From the human T2T-CHM13v2.0 reference genome, Homo sapiens, in assembly GCF_009914755.1 (NCBI RefSeq), contig NC_060928.1: a stretch of DNA of 64,000 bases. One strand, written 5' to 3'. The notes beneath the pieces are model-generated. The model was not told the origin of the DNA. It did no database searches and worked only from the letters and a program-made list of their open reading frames with translations. Below are positions 1 to 12,494 of the stretch, piece after piece. The position numbers and the translations under genes were made by a program. Each line of letters opens with the position of its first letter. Position 1 is the stretch's first letter.

Positions 1-1460
1 AAAATTATTATGTCTAAAATTCTAAATATATTTATAAAACATGAGCTATTCAGGTGATAAAATTTACAGCCAACAGCTTTTGAGATGTCCAACAGTAATT
101 AGATTTCATTACCTCCAGACAGTGTAAATGATTTATTAATATAATTATTAATTATTATAGCTAAATAATTAGGGCTGTTTGATTTTCAATATTATTACCA
201 ATTTCTCTGAAATACATGAGGAGCTATGCACTGATAAACTTGTCTTTATCGTGGGCAGATATCACCACTATATTTTAATAGATATTATATATTATTTAAC
301 TGAATTCAATAGGTGTTCATTCACAAAACAAAATTACAAAACATGGAAGGAATGTATTATTTAAGAATTTAACAGGAAGAGTTTTAAATGTTATCAGGAT
401 TTCCTTTCAACCATGCCTAACATATACCGTAAAGAAATAACTAAATCTTGAAAACCCTTATTAATACAGTTTATACTTTCTACAAAATGGATAAAGTTTT
501 TAAGTGGGAAGTGCTAGGAAGTAAAGTTTCAATCTAAATGATTTATATATTCATTTCATGCTTTTTTGTCTTCACCATACAGATAAGTTCTAATTGGATC
601 TCAGTCAAAAAGAACATGTCATGGGCACCTGCATGAAATAAGTCAAATAAGCATTTCAAAAATTTATGGTTAGTATACCTGTTATATGAGTTAAATGTAT
701 TATAAAAACTGAAAATATATATTTATAGTTATACTTATAAATTACTGGTTTTTAGAATGGAGCATAGTTCATAATATTAACTGTATTACTAATAAAGTAA
801 TAATACTAATAACAGTTATTGTTAACTAATAGATGTAAAGGATGTTGATTTGTTTGGAATAAAGTGTTCCTTTGGTTACTGTTAAGTCATTAGAATAATT
901 CACAAGCAGCAAGTTGTTTAGTGAAAATGTAAAATTATGTTGCCGTCATTTTTTATAAATCCATAAATCTTAATTATAAGTATGTAGACTAACAGATTTA
1001 AAGGAAATAGAACAGCCATAGTAAAGTCAAAATAGTTGTTTACATTTTAGTTTCCTTCTTTTAAATGGTTTACATAAAATGGCAAACAAAAAAATGGTGT
1101 ATTCATTATATTCCCGCAGGAGAAATTTGGGCTGGAACAGAAGCCTTTGCTACTGATGGTGCTGGGATGTTGACTCTATGTGTCATCATCCCCACCAACT
1201 CTCAGCAATAGAAATATTTTGAATCAGAACATTGTTGTTTTATCCTTGCATGACAAAATAAAAATGTGAGCAATACTCTGGTCACCAATATAAATTGGGC
1301 TGCCCCAATTACAAACACATGGTCATTTTCTGTTTATGCCAAAACTAATGCGGTCCATTATTGAAATGTACTACTTGAAATTTTGAAATGGAACTAACAT
1401 ATGTATCCTGTGATTATTTGTCTTCTACATCTTGGTATCCAAGCACCAGTCATATTGCAT

Positions 1461-1688
1461 TTTGTTCTTTTAGTGATCTTTCTAATCCTCTGCTTAGATT
1501 TATGGGAAAGCATTCATCAATCAAATTGGCAATGCTTTTAGTCATATTCAGGGGAAAAGGTGGTTGAATTTAATCAACAAATGCACATGTTTTACTCCTG
1601 TATATCTAACTATAAGCCCCCTTGCAGTCTTAATGGCTTACTTCACACATTTTCAGAAGACTATCATTAGTTATCCAAATGCATTTGA
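1461..1688 (+). repeat. Left arm of 228-bp inverted repeat (partner 2364-2591)
   Basis: Manual alignment to the reverse complement of 2364-2591 gives 223/228 identical with no indels. Confidence 0.97.
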
Positions 1689-2363
1689 ATGTTGTTGTCT
1701 GTTAACACTTGAAATAAAAAGACGGATTCACAAGGATCTTCCAGAAGCTTACTATGCCAATACTGGTACAGCTGCTACTTAGAACTGTCTTCAAATAGTA
1801 GACTACTTGATTGCTGCTGCCAATTGGATTTTCTTAACTATTATTTCCCTTTAGTCAAAGACACAGAATGTAGAAACTCTGTATCTAAGGGATTTGGCAG
1901 AGGCTTAGCTATTTATCATTTGTGTGAGGATCAAGCAGGCCAGGTGTGGTGTCCTGTTTATTTTAATGATACCAATATTGGGATGTGAGTTTAGAATAAT
2001 AATATAGAATATTATTCACTTATTTTGCACCTTGGTGGCAGTTGCAAGAATGTGGCATTTCTCTAGCACATAAAATAGCTCTGGCTTAAATTTATTTTGC
2101 ATAAAATCTCGCAATAGAGAAACCACTTGTATTTAGATACCATTTACACTATGAGGTTTTTTATTTTTGTTGTTATTGTTTTTAATGTAAGACTTCCTTT
2201 AAGAAAACAAGAAATTGCCGTGTTTTCTGATCTACACTATGCCTAGCACCACAAGACTGGAAAAGAAAAATGCATTTCACTCTGAAGGAAAAAAGATAAT
2301 AGAAGTTGAGAGGCTATCAAAACAAATTGTGTATTTGAGTGTGGAATAAGTAGATGGCAGAGA

Positions 2364-2591
2364 TCAAATGCATTTGGATAACTAATGATAGTCTTCTGAA
2401 AATGTGTGAAGTAAGCCATTAAAACTGCAAGGGGGCTTATAGTTATATATACAGGAGTAAAACATGTTCATTTGTTGATTAAATTCAACCACCTTTTCCC
2501 ATGAATGTGACTAAAAGCATTGCCAATTTGATTGATGAATGCTTTCCCATAAATCTAAGCAGAGGATTAGAAAGATCACTAAAAGAACAAA
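2364..2591 (-). repeat. Right arm of 228-bp inverted repeat (partner 1461-1688)
   Basis: Reverse complement of the left arm with 5 substitutions. Confidence 0.97.
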
Positions 2592-2983
2592 TTATCTGGA
2601 AGATAATTTGAAGCTGTCTTACCTTCTTTTGTGTGTACAATGTTTGGCATGACTACAGATTTTCCAGGTACTTATAAACTGCAGTGTCATGGGTAGTGTG
2701 AAAGTTGTGGTTACGCTTAACAGTGACAAGCAACAATGCTGATATGATAATGATGATCAGTCTGGCACTGAAACATGTGGCAGTGGGAAGGACAAGGGTA
2801 CACATGACAGAGAAAGGGGTGGAATTCTGCAAATGATGAATTACTTTATCACCCTTCCAAGCACCTTACCATGAACATTTGGGTAAATTCAATGATTACT
2901 ACTCAACCATCATGTGTATCAGATTTTAGAATAAATAAGGGAGAACTTCAGCATTTTATCAAGCTGGTAATAATGCCACAGAA

Positions 2984-3573
2984 CAAAAGTTTCCAAACTT
3001 TTTGGCACCACAGACTGGTTTTGTGGAAGACAATTTTTCCACAGACTAGGATTGGTGAGGGATGCTTTTGGGATGATTCATGCACATTACATCTGTTGTG
3101 CACTTTATTTCTATTACTTTTATATTATAATATATAATGAAATAATTATTCAACTCACCATAATGTAGAATCTGTGGGAGCCCTGAGTTTGTTTTCCTGC
3201 AACTAGACAGTCCCATCTTGGGGTGATGGGCTACAGTAGCAGATCATCAGGAATTGGATTTTCATAAGGAGTGCTCAACCTAGATCCCTCACATGCACAG
3301 TTCAAGGTAGGGTTCTCACTGCTGTGTGAATCTAATGTGGCCACTGATCTGACAGGAGGTGGAGCTCAGGTCACTGAACTGACAGGCGGCAGAGCTCAGG
3401 CCACTGATCTGACAGGAGGAGGAGCTCAGGTGGTAGTGCAAGTGATGGGGGGCAGCTGTAAATACCAATGAAGCTTTGCTCTCTTGCCTGCTGCTCACCT
3501 CCTGCTATTCAGCCCATTTTCTAACAGACTGCAGACCACTTCTGGTCTATGACCTGGGGTTCAGGCACTCCTG
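2984..3573 (+). mobile_element. MER1A hAT-Charlie DNA transposon fossil with internal 30-bp triplication
   Basis: Matches MER1A motifs (aactttttggcacc...gtggaagacaatttttccac; ctgatctgacaggaggtggagctcagg) with degenerate terminal inverted repeats. Confidence 0.9.
3341..3430. repeat. 3 x 30-bp tandem repeat inside MER1A
   Basis: ccactgatctgacaggaggtggagctcagg and two variants, head to tail. Confidence 0.95.
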
Positions 3574-3989
3574 CTGTAGAAGATATACTTTTTCTCATTC
3601 CTGCAAGGTCATTTACTTTTTTGGTGTTTTCCTCAATGGTAAGGATTTTAGGGTTGATAATTCTGAAGAGATATTTGACAAGGAAGAATACTATCCTTCT
3701 ATCTATCCATTCAGGTAAAAAAATCAGCACATCCCTTTCCAGATTGTGATTAGGCACCACGGATGCTACTGCTCTCAGGAAGCTTAAAGTCCAGAGAGAA
3801 AAACACTGGAAAACACTGCAGGTCTTCCCAAGTTATCTACATCTATATGACTCCTAATCTAGTGTAGGCAGGTTAAAGGCAAATATCTCACTGACAGTGC
3901 CATCCTGTATAAAGGAGGTAGTTTCATGACATAAGAAGACCCCAAGATGAAAAGGTATTTGAAGTTGTTACCAAAATATGACAAAACAT

Positions 3990-4262
3990 TCTCTGATTCA
4001 GAACCTTTACATTGTCTGTTTCCTTCTTCCAGAATGCTGTTTCTCAGATATCTCATTTTCCTGAGTTTCCTTCATAGTGCCCTTACCATTACCTGGATAC
4101 ACACACAAGGTCTTATTCGCACGCACTTTAAACATATGTAAGTTATTATCTATCTCTCCCCACTGGAATGAAAGCTTGATGGCCTCTGGTTTGTTCACTA
4201 TCCCCATTATCTAGAACAACGCCTGGCAGAAGATTTCACATGGGTAAATATTTGTTGGATGT
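3990..4262 (+). mobile_element. L2 LINE 3' end fragment
   Basis: cccactggaatgaaagct...tctagaacaacgcctggca...taaatatttgttggatg resembles the L2 3' terminus. Confidence 0.65.
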
Positions 4263-4629
4263 TTATCTACTTGTATATCAAGTAATGACTTCCTGAGAAA
4301 CTTAATTGGATCCTTTTTATTTATGTGGTATTGAGCGATTAACAACCATTCTTTAAAATTCACACTTGACTGCAAAACACTATTCAGCATTATGTATTAC
4401 AAATCAATAAATCAATCTACCTAAATCTCTTAACTAGGAAATACTGACAAGTAGATGTCTTGATGAGTACTTGCTATGAGTACCTATGCTCACAAACATA
4501 CACAAACATATAAATAAGAATGAGGGGATATAATTCTACTAATATGTCCTTATTGACAATTGCAACACAAGAAAAACAACAAAATATTTTCATATAATTG
4601 ATTCATCATTTAACATACTCTTTGCTGCT

Positions 4630-5546
4630 TTTTTGTGTTTAGTTGTTTTATAAATTTAATTTTATTTTAGATTCAGTGTGTACCTGTGCATGTTTGTTAT
4701 ATGGATATATTGCATAATGGTGGGGATTGGGCTTTTAGTGTACCCATCACCCAAATAGTAAATATTGTATCCAATAGGTAATTTTTAACCCTCTTTCCTC
4801 TCTTATCCTCCTCACTTTCAGAATCTCCAGTGTCTGTTGTTCCCATGTTTATGTGTGTGGGTGCTCAAGTTTAGCTCCAACATATAAGGAGAACATGTGG
4901 CATTTGAATTTCTATTTCTGAGTTGTTTAACTTAAAATAAGAATAATGACCTCCAGCTCCATCCACATTGCCACCAAGGACAAGATTTCATTCATTTTTA
5001 TGGCTGCATATTATTACATGGTGAATACACACCACATTTTCTTTATCCATTCAACCATTGATGGACACATTGGTTGATTCCATAAGTTTACTCTCGTGAA
5101 TAGTGCTGCAATAAATGTACAAGCACAAGTGTCTTTTGTATATAATTATTTTCCATTGAGTAGATACCCAGTGAAGCGATTGCTGAATCAAATGGTAGAT
5201 CTACTTTAAGTTCTCTGAGAAATCTCCATACTGTTTTCTATAGAGGTTTACATTCCCACCAATAATATATAAGTGCTTCCTTTCCTCCACATCTATGCCA
5301 ACATCTGTTTGTTTGTTTGTGTGTTTTTTGACTTTTTTATAATAGACATTCTGTTTGGTGTAACTTGATATCATTGTGGTTTTGCATTTCTCTGATGATT
5401 AGTGATGTTGAGCATTTTTGCATATGCTTGTTGGCCACTTGTATGTCTTTTTTTGAGAAACGTCTGTTGATATTGTTTGCCCTATTTTTAACTGTGTTGT
5501 TTGTTTGTGAATTAATTGTTTGAGTTCCCTATATATTCTGGATTTA
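4630..5546 (-). mobile_element. L1 3' end (older primate, L1PA15/16-like): 3'UTR and ORF2 C-terminus
   Basis: T-rich tail, then tttagattcag..gtac.tgtgca.gtttgtta.atggatatattgcataatggtg, followed by typical reverse-strand ORF2 end sequence. Confidence 0.85.
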
Positions 5547-6109
5547 ATCCACCTGGTCCAGAGTTGAGTTCAAGTCCTGAATATCCTTACAAATTTTCTG
5601 TCTTGTTGATCTGTCTAATATTGACAGTGGGGTCTTAGAGTCTCCCACTATTGTAGGGTGGGAGTCTAAGTCTCTTTGTAGGTCTCTAAGAGCTTGCTTT
5701 ATGAATCTGGGTGCTCCTGAACTGGGTGCATGTATATTTAGGATAGTCAGCTCTTCTTGTGGCATTGATCCCTTTACCATTATGTAATGCCCTTGTTTGT
5801 CTTTTGTAATCTTTCCTGGTTTAAAGTATGTTTTATCAGAGACTAGGATTGCAATCCCTGCTTTTCTTTTTTTTTTTTCTTTTTCTTTCTTTTTTTATTT
5901 CTTTTGCTTCCATTTGTTTGGTAAATCTTCCTCCATCCCATTAATTTGAGCCCATCTGTGTCTTTGCATGTGAGATAGGTCTCCTGAATACAGCACACCA
6001 ACGGGTCTTGACTCTTTATCCAATTTGCCAGTCTGTGACTTTTAATTGGGACATTTAGCCCTTTTACATTTAAGGTTAATATTGTTATGTGTGAATTTGA
6101 TCCTGTCAT
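5547..6109 (-). pseudogene. L1 ORF2p endonuclease domain remnant (truncated, frameshifted)
   Basis: MTGSNSHITILTLNVKGLN...CCIQET and QEELTILNIHAP...IVGD, broken at an expanded A tract (about 5862-5904) and cut at 5547. Confidence 0.9.
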
Positions 6110-6172
6110 TATGATGCTAGCTGGTTATTTTACCCATTAGTTGATGCAGTTTCTTCATAGTGTCAATGGTCT

Positions 6173-7226
6173 TTACAATTTGGTATGTTTTTGCAGTGGC
6201 TGGTACCAGTTGTTCCTTTCCATATTTAGTGCTTCCTTCGGGAGCTCTTGTAAGGCAGGCCTGGTGCTGACAAAATCTCTCAGCATTCCCTTGTCTGTAA
6301 AGGATTTTATTTCTCCTTTGATTTTGAAGCTTAGTTTGGCTGGATATGAAGTTCTGGGTTGAAAATTCTTTTCTTTAAGAATGTTGAAAATATTCAGCAA
6401 TGGGCCCCCACTCTCTTCTGGCTTGCAGGTTTTCTGCAGAGAGATCTGCTGTTAGTCTGATGGGCTTCCCTTTGTGGGTAACTGGACCTTTCTCTCTGGC
6501 TTCCCTTAACACTTTTTCCTTCGTTTCAACCTTGTTGAATCTGATGATTATGTGTCTTGGGATTGCTCTTCTTGAGGAGTATCTTTGTGGTGTTCTCTGT
6601 ATTTCCTGAATTTGAATGTTGGCCTCTCTTTCTAGGTTGGGGAAGTTCTCTTGGATAATATCCTGAAGAGTGTTTTCCAACTTGGCTCCTTTCTCCCCAT
6701 CACTTTCAGGTACACCAATCAAACGTAGGTTTGATCTTTTCACATAGTCCCATATTTCTTGGAGGTTTGTTCATTCCTTTTCATTATTTTTTACTATAAT
6801 CTTGTCTTCATGCTTTATTTCATTAAGTTGATCTTCAATCTTTGATATCCTTTCTTCTGCTTGATCAATTTGACTACTGATACTTGTGTATGCTTCATGA
6901 ACTTCTCATGTTGTGTTTTTCAGCTCCATCTGGTCATTTATATTCTTCTCTAAACTGGTTGTTCCAATTAGCAGTTCTTCTAACTTTTTTTTCAAGGTTC
7001 TTAGCTTTCTTGCATTGGGTTAGAGCATGCTTCTTTAGTTTGGAGGAGTTTGTTATTACCCACCTTCTGAAACCTACTTCTGACAATTCATCAAACTCAT
7101 TCTCCACCCTGTTTTGTTTCCTTGCTGACAAGGAGTTGTGATCCTTTGGAGGAGAAGAAGTGTCCTGGTTTTTGGAATTTTCAGCCTTTTTGCGCTGTTT
7201 TTTTTTTTTTTTTTTTTTTTTCTCAT
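6173..7226 (-). pseudogene. L1 ORF1p remnant (frameshifted)
   Basis: Peptides NLRLIGVPESDGE...LENTLQDIIQENFPNL and YPAKLSF...RPALQE lie in separate frames. Confidence 0.9.
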
Positions 7227-8544
7227 CTTCATGGATTTAACTACCTTTGGTCTTTGATGTTCATGATCTTTGCATGGGGTTTTTGTGTGGAAGTCCTTTT
7301 TGTTGATGTTGATAGCATTCTTTCTGTTTGTTAGTTTTCTTTCTAACAGTGAGGCCCCTCTGCTGCAGGTCTGCTGGAATTTCCTGGAGGTCCACTCCAG
7401 ACCCTGGTTGCCTGGGTATCACCAGCAGAGGCGGCAGAACAGCAAAGATTGCTGCCTGTTCCTTCCTCTGGAAGCTTTGTCACAGAGGGGCACCTGCCAG
7501 ATGCCAGCTGGAGCTCTCCTGTATGAAGTGTCTGTAGAACCCTGCTTGGAGATGTCTCCCAGTCAGGAGGCACAGTGGTCAGGGACCCACTTGAGGAGGC
7601 AGTCTGTCCCCTAGCAGAGCTTGAGCACTGTGTGGGGAAATCTGCTGCTCTCTTCAGAGCTGGCAGGCAGGGACATTTAAGTTGGCTGAAGCTGTGCCCA
7701 CAGTCATCCCTTCCCCCAGGTGCTCTGTCTCAGGGAGATGGGAGTTTTGCCTATAAGCCCCTTACTGGGGCTGCTGCCTTTCTTTTAGAGCTGACTTGCC
7801 CAGAGAGGAGGAATCTAGAGAGGCAGTCTGGCTACAGCAAGTTTGCAGCACTGTCGTGGGCTCTGCCCAGTTCGAACTTCCAGGATAACCGCCTACTCAA
7901 GTCTCAGTAATGGTGGATGCCCTGCCCCCCACCATGGTGGAGCTTCCCAGGTTAACTTCAGACTGCCATGCTGGCAGCGAGAATTTTAAGCCAGTGGGTT
8001 TTACCTTGCTGGACTCCATGAGGGTGAGATCTGCTGGGCTACAGCACTTGGCTCCCTGGCTTCAGTCCCCTTTCCAGGGGAGTCAATGGTTCTGTCTCTC
8101 TGGCATTCCAGGTGCCACTGGGGTATGAAAAAAACTCCTGCAGCTAGTTTGGTGTCTGCCCAAATGGCCATCCAGCTTTGTGCTTGAAACTCAGGATCCT
8201 GGTGGCATAGGCACCCTAGGGATTCTCTTGGTCTGCAGGTTGCGAAGACCACTGGAAAAGCAGAGTATCTGGGCCGGAGTGCACCATCCCTCATGGCTTC
8301 CTTTGGCTTCCATTGGCTAGGGGAGGGAGTTTCCCGACTCCATGCACTTCCCAGGTGAGGTGACCCCCCACCGTGCTTCGGCTTGCCCTCTGTGGGCTGC
8401 ACCCACTGTATAACCAGTCCCAATTAGTTGAGCTGGATATCTCAGTTGGAAATGCAGAAATCACCTGCCTTCTGCATTGATCTCACTGGGAGTTGCAGAC
8501 TGGAGCTGTTCCTATTTGGCCATCTTGCCAGCCACCACCCAGTA

Positions 8545-9495
8545 TCAATTTTTTGTTAATGAACATTTGTATGTTTCTAGTTTTAAGTTTTTATAAATAA
8601 ACATGCTACAAATATTTGATTACAAGTTTTTCTATGAACATATGCTTTTATTCCTCTTGACTAAATACCTGTGAGTAGAAAGGTTAGATCCTATTGGAAG
8701 CGTAGAGTTAACCTTTTGAGAAACTGTTGTGCACTTTTTTCCAAGGGATTGCTTTATTTAAATTCCTACTGACAGTGCCTGGGAGTTGCAGTTTCTATGC
8801 TCCCTCACCTACATTTAGGATGACTAGTCTTTTTAACGTTAGCAATGCTACTTAAGGTGTAACAAGTATCTCATTGTGTTTTAACTTGCATTCTTCTAAT
8901 ACCGAATAATGATAAGAATTTTCATGTTTATCTTATCCACGCAAACTTTACTCACGAAGTGTATGTTCAAAAAATTTTAACAGTTTGCTTGCATTTTTAT
9001 TATTGGGTTTTGAGAAGTTTTTGTATATTATGAATACAAGTCATTTTGCAGTTAAGTGAGTTGCAAATCCATTTCTCCAGGTTAAGGGTTGTCTATTTAC
9101 TCCCTTCTTAGTGTCTATTGGAAATCAGAAGTTGCTAATTTTTATGAAATATCATTTATCAATTTGTTCTTTTATGGATTATGCTTTTGTTGTCATCTCT
9201 AAATATCTCTTTCTAAATCAAAGTCACAAGGATTTTCCCCAAACTTATCTTCTATACCTTTTAAAGTTTTAGATTTTACTTTCAAGTCTATCACCCAGTT
9301 GTACCCATTTTTAAAAATATGACATATTGTTTAAAACTGAATTCATCAGTGGCATACAGATAACAGCTCTTTAATACCATTTTTTTTTTAAACTACACTT
9401 TCTTCACTGAATGACCCTGGCAATTTTATCAGAAAGAAAAATTGTCAGAAATGTATAGGTATGTTTCTCAACTCTAAATTCTGAAGTATTGACCT
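8545..9495 (-). mobile_element. Old L1M (L1MC/MD-like) ORF2 3' fragment
   Basis: Diverged L1 motifs (tatctcattgtgttttaacttgcatt; tttatcaatttgttcttttatggattatgcttttg). Confidence 0.7.
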
Positions 9496-9860
9496 ACTTT
9501 TTATTTTTTTAAAAATTTATAGATACATCATGGCTGTACATATTTATGGGGTACATGTGATATTTTAATATAAGCATATGATGTGTAATAGTCAAATAAG
9601 GATATCTGGGAAAAACATGAACTCAAACATTTATCATTTCTTTGGGTAGGGAACATTCCAAATCTTCTAGCTATTTTGAAATACATAATAAATTGGGGTT
9701 GAAATATTATGCTACAAACACTAAATCTTATTCCTCTGATCTGTGTGTTTCTTTGCATTAACCAGGCCCTCCTCATCTACCCTCTTCACTACCCTTCCCA
9801 GTCTCTGGTAACCATTCTACTTACTATGTTCACAAGATCTTTACATATGAGTGAAATTAC
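9496..9860 (-). mobile_element. L1MA-type 3' end
   Basis: tgtacatatttatggggtacatgtgatattt...ggaacattccaaatcttctagctattttgaaataca. Confidence 0.8.
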
Positions 9861-9865
9861 AGCAT

Positions 9866-10790
9866 TATCGAGGTGCAATTTATAGATTAAAAAACTGCAT
9901 ATATTTAGTGCATGCAATTCAATGGGTCTGAATATATCCATACACCTGTTAAAGCATCATCATAACCAAGGTAATAAGAAGTGTGAACATTTGAGATTTA
10001 CTCTCTTCACAGTATTTTCAATGTACAATACAGTATTGTTAGCTGTTGACACTAACTTGTATGGCAGATCTCTAATACGTATTTGTCTTCCACGAATGAG
10101 TATAAAATGTATACCTACTAAACATCAACTCTCCATTTCCCTCCCTCTAGTCCCTGGTAACCACCTTTCTACTCTCTGATCCCATAATATATTAGATACC
10201 TTATATAGGTGAAATCATGCATTACTTGTTCTTTTGTAACTGGCTTATTTTACTTAGCACAGTGTCCTCCAGGTTCTTCATAGTTCTCCGAAATATCTGT
10301 ATATTCTTCTTTTTTAGGCTAACCATATTCCATTGTATGTATATAATCACATTGTCGGTATCCATTCATTCATGGATGAATATTTGGGTTGTTCCCGTAT
10401 TTTGGCTATAGAATAATGCTGCAATAAACATAGGGGTGCAGATATCCGTTTGAGTCCCTGATTCAATTATTCTGGTTGCATAATCTGTATTATATAATTA
10501 TATAATTAATTTGGATTGGTAGATCACATGGTAGTTCTATTTTTCCATAATGCTTTGAATAATGGCTACACCATTTTACATTCCAGCCAACAATCAACAA
10601 TGGTTCTAGTTTCTCCACATCCTTGCCAACACTTACCTTTGCCAACACTTACATTTTTTTTTAAAAAAAAATAGCTATTCTATCAAGTATAAGATGGTAT
10701 CTCATTGTGGCTTGAATCAGGATTTCCCTGATTAGTGTTGCTGAGCACATTTTCATACACCAGTTGCCCATTTGTATGTCTTCTTTGCAG
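9866..10790 (-). mobile_element. L1MA/L1MB-type 3' end
   Basis: ctcccctag.ccctggtaaccacc..tctactctctg; ttattttacttagcacagtgtcctccaggtt; ORF2 end motifs. Confidence 0.8.
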
Positions 10791-10794
10791 AATA

Positions 10795-11240
10795 TGGATT
10801 TTGAATTCTGCAGCACTGTAAAATTCATTAATTAGTTCTATTATTGCTAGTAGATTCTATCATTTATTTCATATAGACAATCATGTTGTCTGCAAATAAA
10901 TAGAGTTTTGCCTCTTCTTTCCAATTTGAGTGACTTTCCTTTTTCTTACCTTATTGTGTTTCTTACCTTATATCCTGTAAGATGTAATTTAATACATGTC
11001 AGATATTTACATAGTTTTCTTAATTGTAGGAGAGAAACTGTTCAATAGTTAACAAGTAGAATATGAGCTATATGTTTTTTCATAGATACCCATTGTTAGG
11101 TTGAGAAAATTTTCCTCTAGATCGCTAATGATTTTTTTTTCCTAGAATAGATGTTAGATCTTGTCAAATTATTTTTAGGCATCTATTGACATGATTGTAT
11201 GATTTTCTATAGTAGTTTAAAATGGCAAATTACCTTGCTT
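10795..11240 (-). mobile_element. Old L1M ORF2 fragment (probable continuation of 8545-9495)
   Basis: atcatgttgtctgcaaataaa; catagatacccattgttaggttgagaaaatt; gcatctattgacatgatt. Confidence 0.65.
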
Positions 11241-11241
11241 A

Positions 11242-11871
11242 TGTATTAATTGTCTGTTTTTGCCCTAACAAGTTAATGTAAATTTAGCCATTTAAAAACA
11301 ACACAACTTAAAGAAAACTTTGGGATCCCATATTGGCGCTCTGCTCTGGATATCACAAGTCTAAATATGAGTGTCAGCAGGGTGTTCTCTTATGAGCAAG
11401 CTCTGGGAATAATCTCTTTCTTTGCTCCTCGGGTTGACTGAACTAAATTATATCATTGTAGTAATAGAACTAAAATCCACATTTCCATTCCAGCTTTTAC
11501 CTGGTGATCAACTTTTCCTCCTACAAGTCTCTGGATTATTCTTGCACCATGACCTTCTACATTTCAGAGACAGAAATGATGTTCAAAATACTTTTCAAGG
11601 CTGGCATTTCTCTGACTTCCTCTTCTGCCACATGTACCACACTTATTTTCCTGCAACATCTCCTCTACTTCTGCTATGGAAAGATATCTATTAGTAGGGC
11701 ATGTGTGATTAGGTTGAGTCCACCTGTGCATTCTGTAATACTATCCTTATTTCAAGGTATATAACTTTGGCTACATGTGCTAAGTATATTTCACCGAGTA
11801 ATGTCACGTATTTACAGATTCTGGAAATTAAGATGTGGGCATCTCTCATGGGTCATTATTCTGACTATCAT
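11242..11871 (-). mobile_element. MLT1 (ERVL-MaLR) solo LTR
   Basis: Starts tgtatta and ends ...gatgtgggcatct...cattattctgactatca, typical of reverse-oriented MLT1. Confidence 0.65.
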
Positions 11872-12099
11872 AGCTGAATTTATTGTTTTTCTTTCCTTTT
11901 CTTAAGACAATTTAGTTTTATTATATTAAAAGGTGTTTTATATAGGTGTTATATAGATAAATTTTGTATTTGGTTGCAATGTGGCAGCCTCTGCCTTTGG
12001 ATTGACAGAATTTTTAACTTTAAGATTTCTTTAATGGGTAAGTTACCTTTTATACAAAATGATAACCGTATATTATACGTAAGCAAAATAATGTAGCAT

Positions 12100-12492
12100 A
12101 TACTATTTAACATAAGCAAAATTATAAGATAGTAATAAAAGAAAGACTATGAGAGATAAAGGGAAGCACATAATAATTTTTTGTACTGTAAATAAAATGG
12201 TGTAATATCACATGAAGGTAGACTAAGTTAATGATGAATACTATAAACACAAAGTAACCACTAACATAACATAACAAAAAGTTATTACCAATAATTTAAC
12301 AAAGAAAATAAATTACAATCATTTTTAAAAATCAAAGAATTGAAAATAAGACCCACAATGAGAAAACAGAACAAAAATCAGATATGGCTGAGAAAAAAAA
12401 AAAACAGGTAGCAATATGATAGATTTAAATCTAACCCAAAAAGAAAACAGGATTAAATGTAAATAGTCTGAACATCTTAATTAAAAGGCAGG
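12100..12492 (+). mobile_element. Old L1M fragment around the ORF1/ORF2 junction
   Basis: ttaaatgtaaatagtctgaacatcttaattaaaaggcag encodes an LNVNGLN-like endonuclease start. Confidence 0.6.
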
Positions 12493-12494
12493 CA

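Larger units (their letters stand above)
5547..8540 (-). mobile_element. L1 5' half (L1PA7/8-like): 5'UTR, disrupted ORF1, ORF2 endonuclease start
   Basis: ORF track shows ORF2 N-terminus MTGSNSHITILTLNV and ORF1 peptides. The 5' end carries the YY1 motif caagatggcc near 8530. Confidence 0.93.

Noticed and set aside
1461-2591. Young DNA transposon with long TIRs
   Set aside because: There is no TSD and no transposase in the spacer, and about 98% arm identity does not fit the age of primate DNA transposons. Kept as an inverted duplication instead.
3341-3430. CRISPR-like array (also 13716-13790)
   Set aside because: The units are directly adjacent with no unique spacers, there are no cas genes and the context is eukaryotic.
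7122-8423. Cluster of 70-140 aa ORFs in a GC-richer stretch as a gene or CpG-island promoter
   Set aside because: It lies entirely within the L1 5'UTR/ORF1 start and the CpGs are decayed.
10621-10652. Short direct duplications (also near 21446-21483 and 35383-35411)
   Set aside because: These are ordinary 12-16 bp slippage events, mostly within old L1 sequence.
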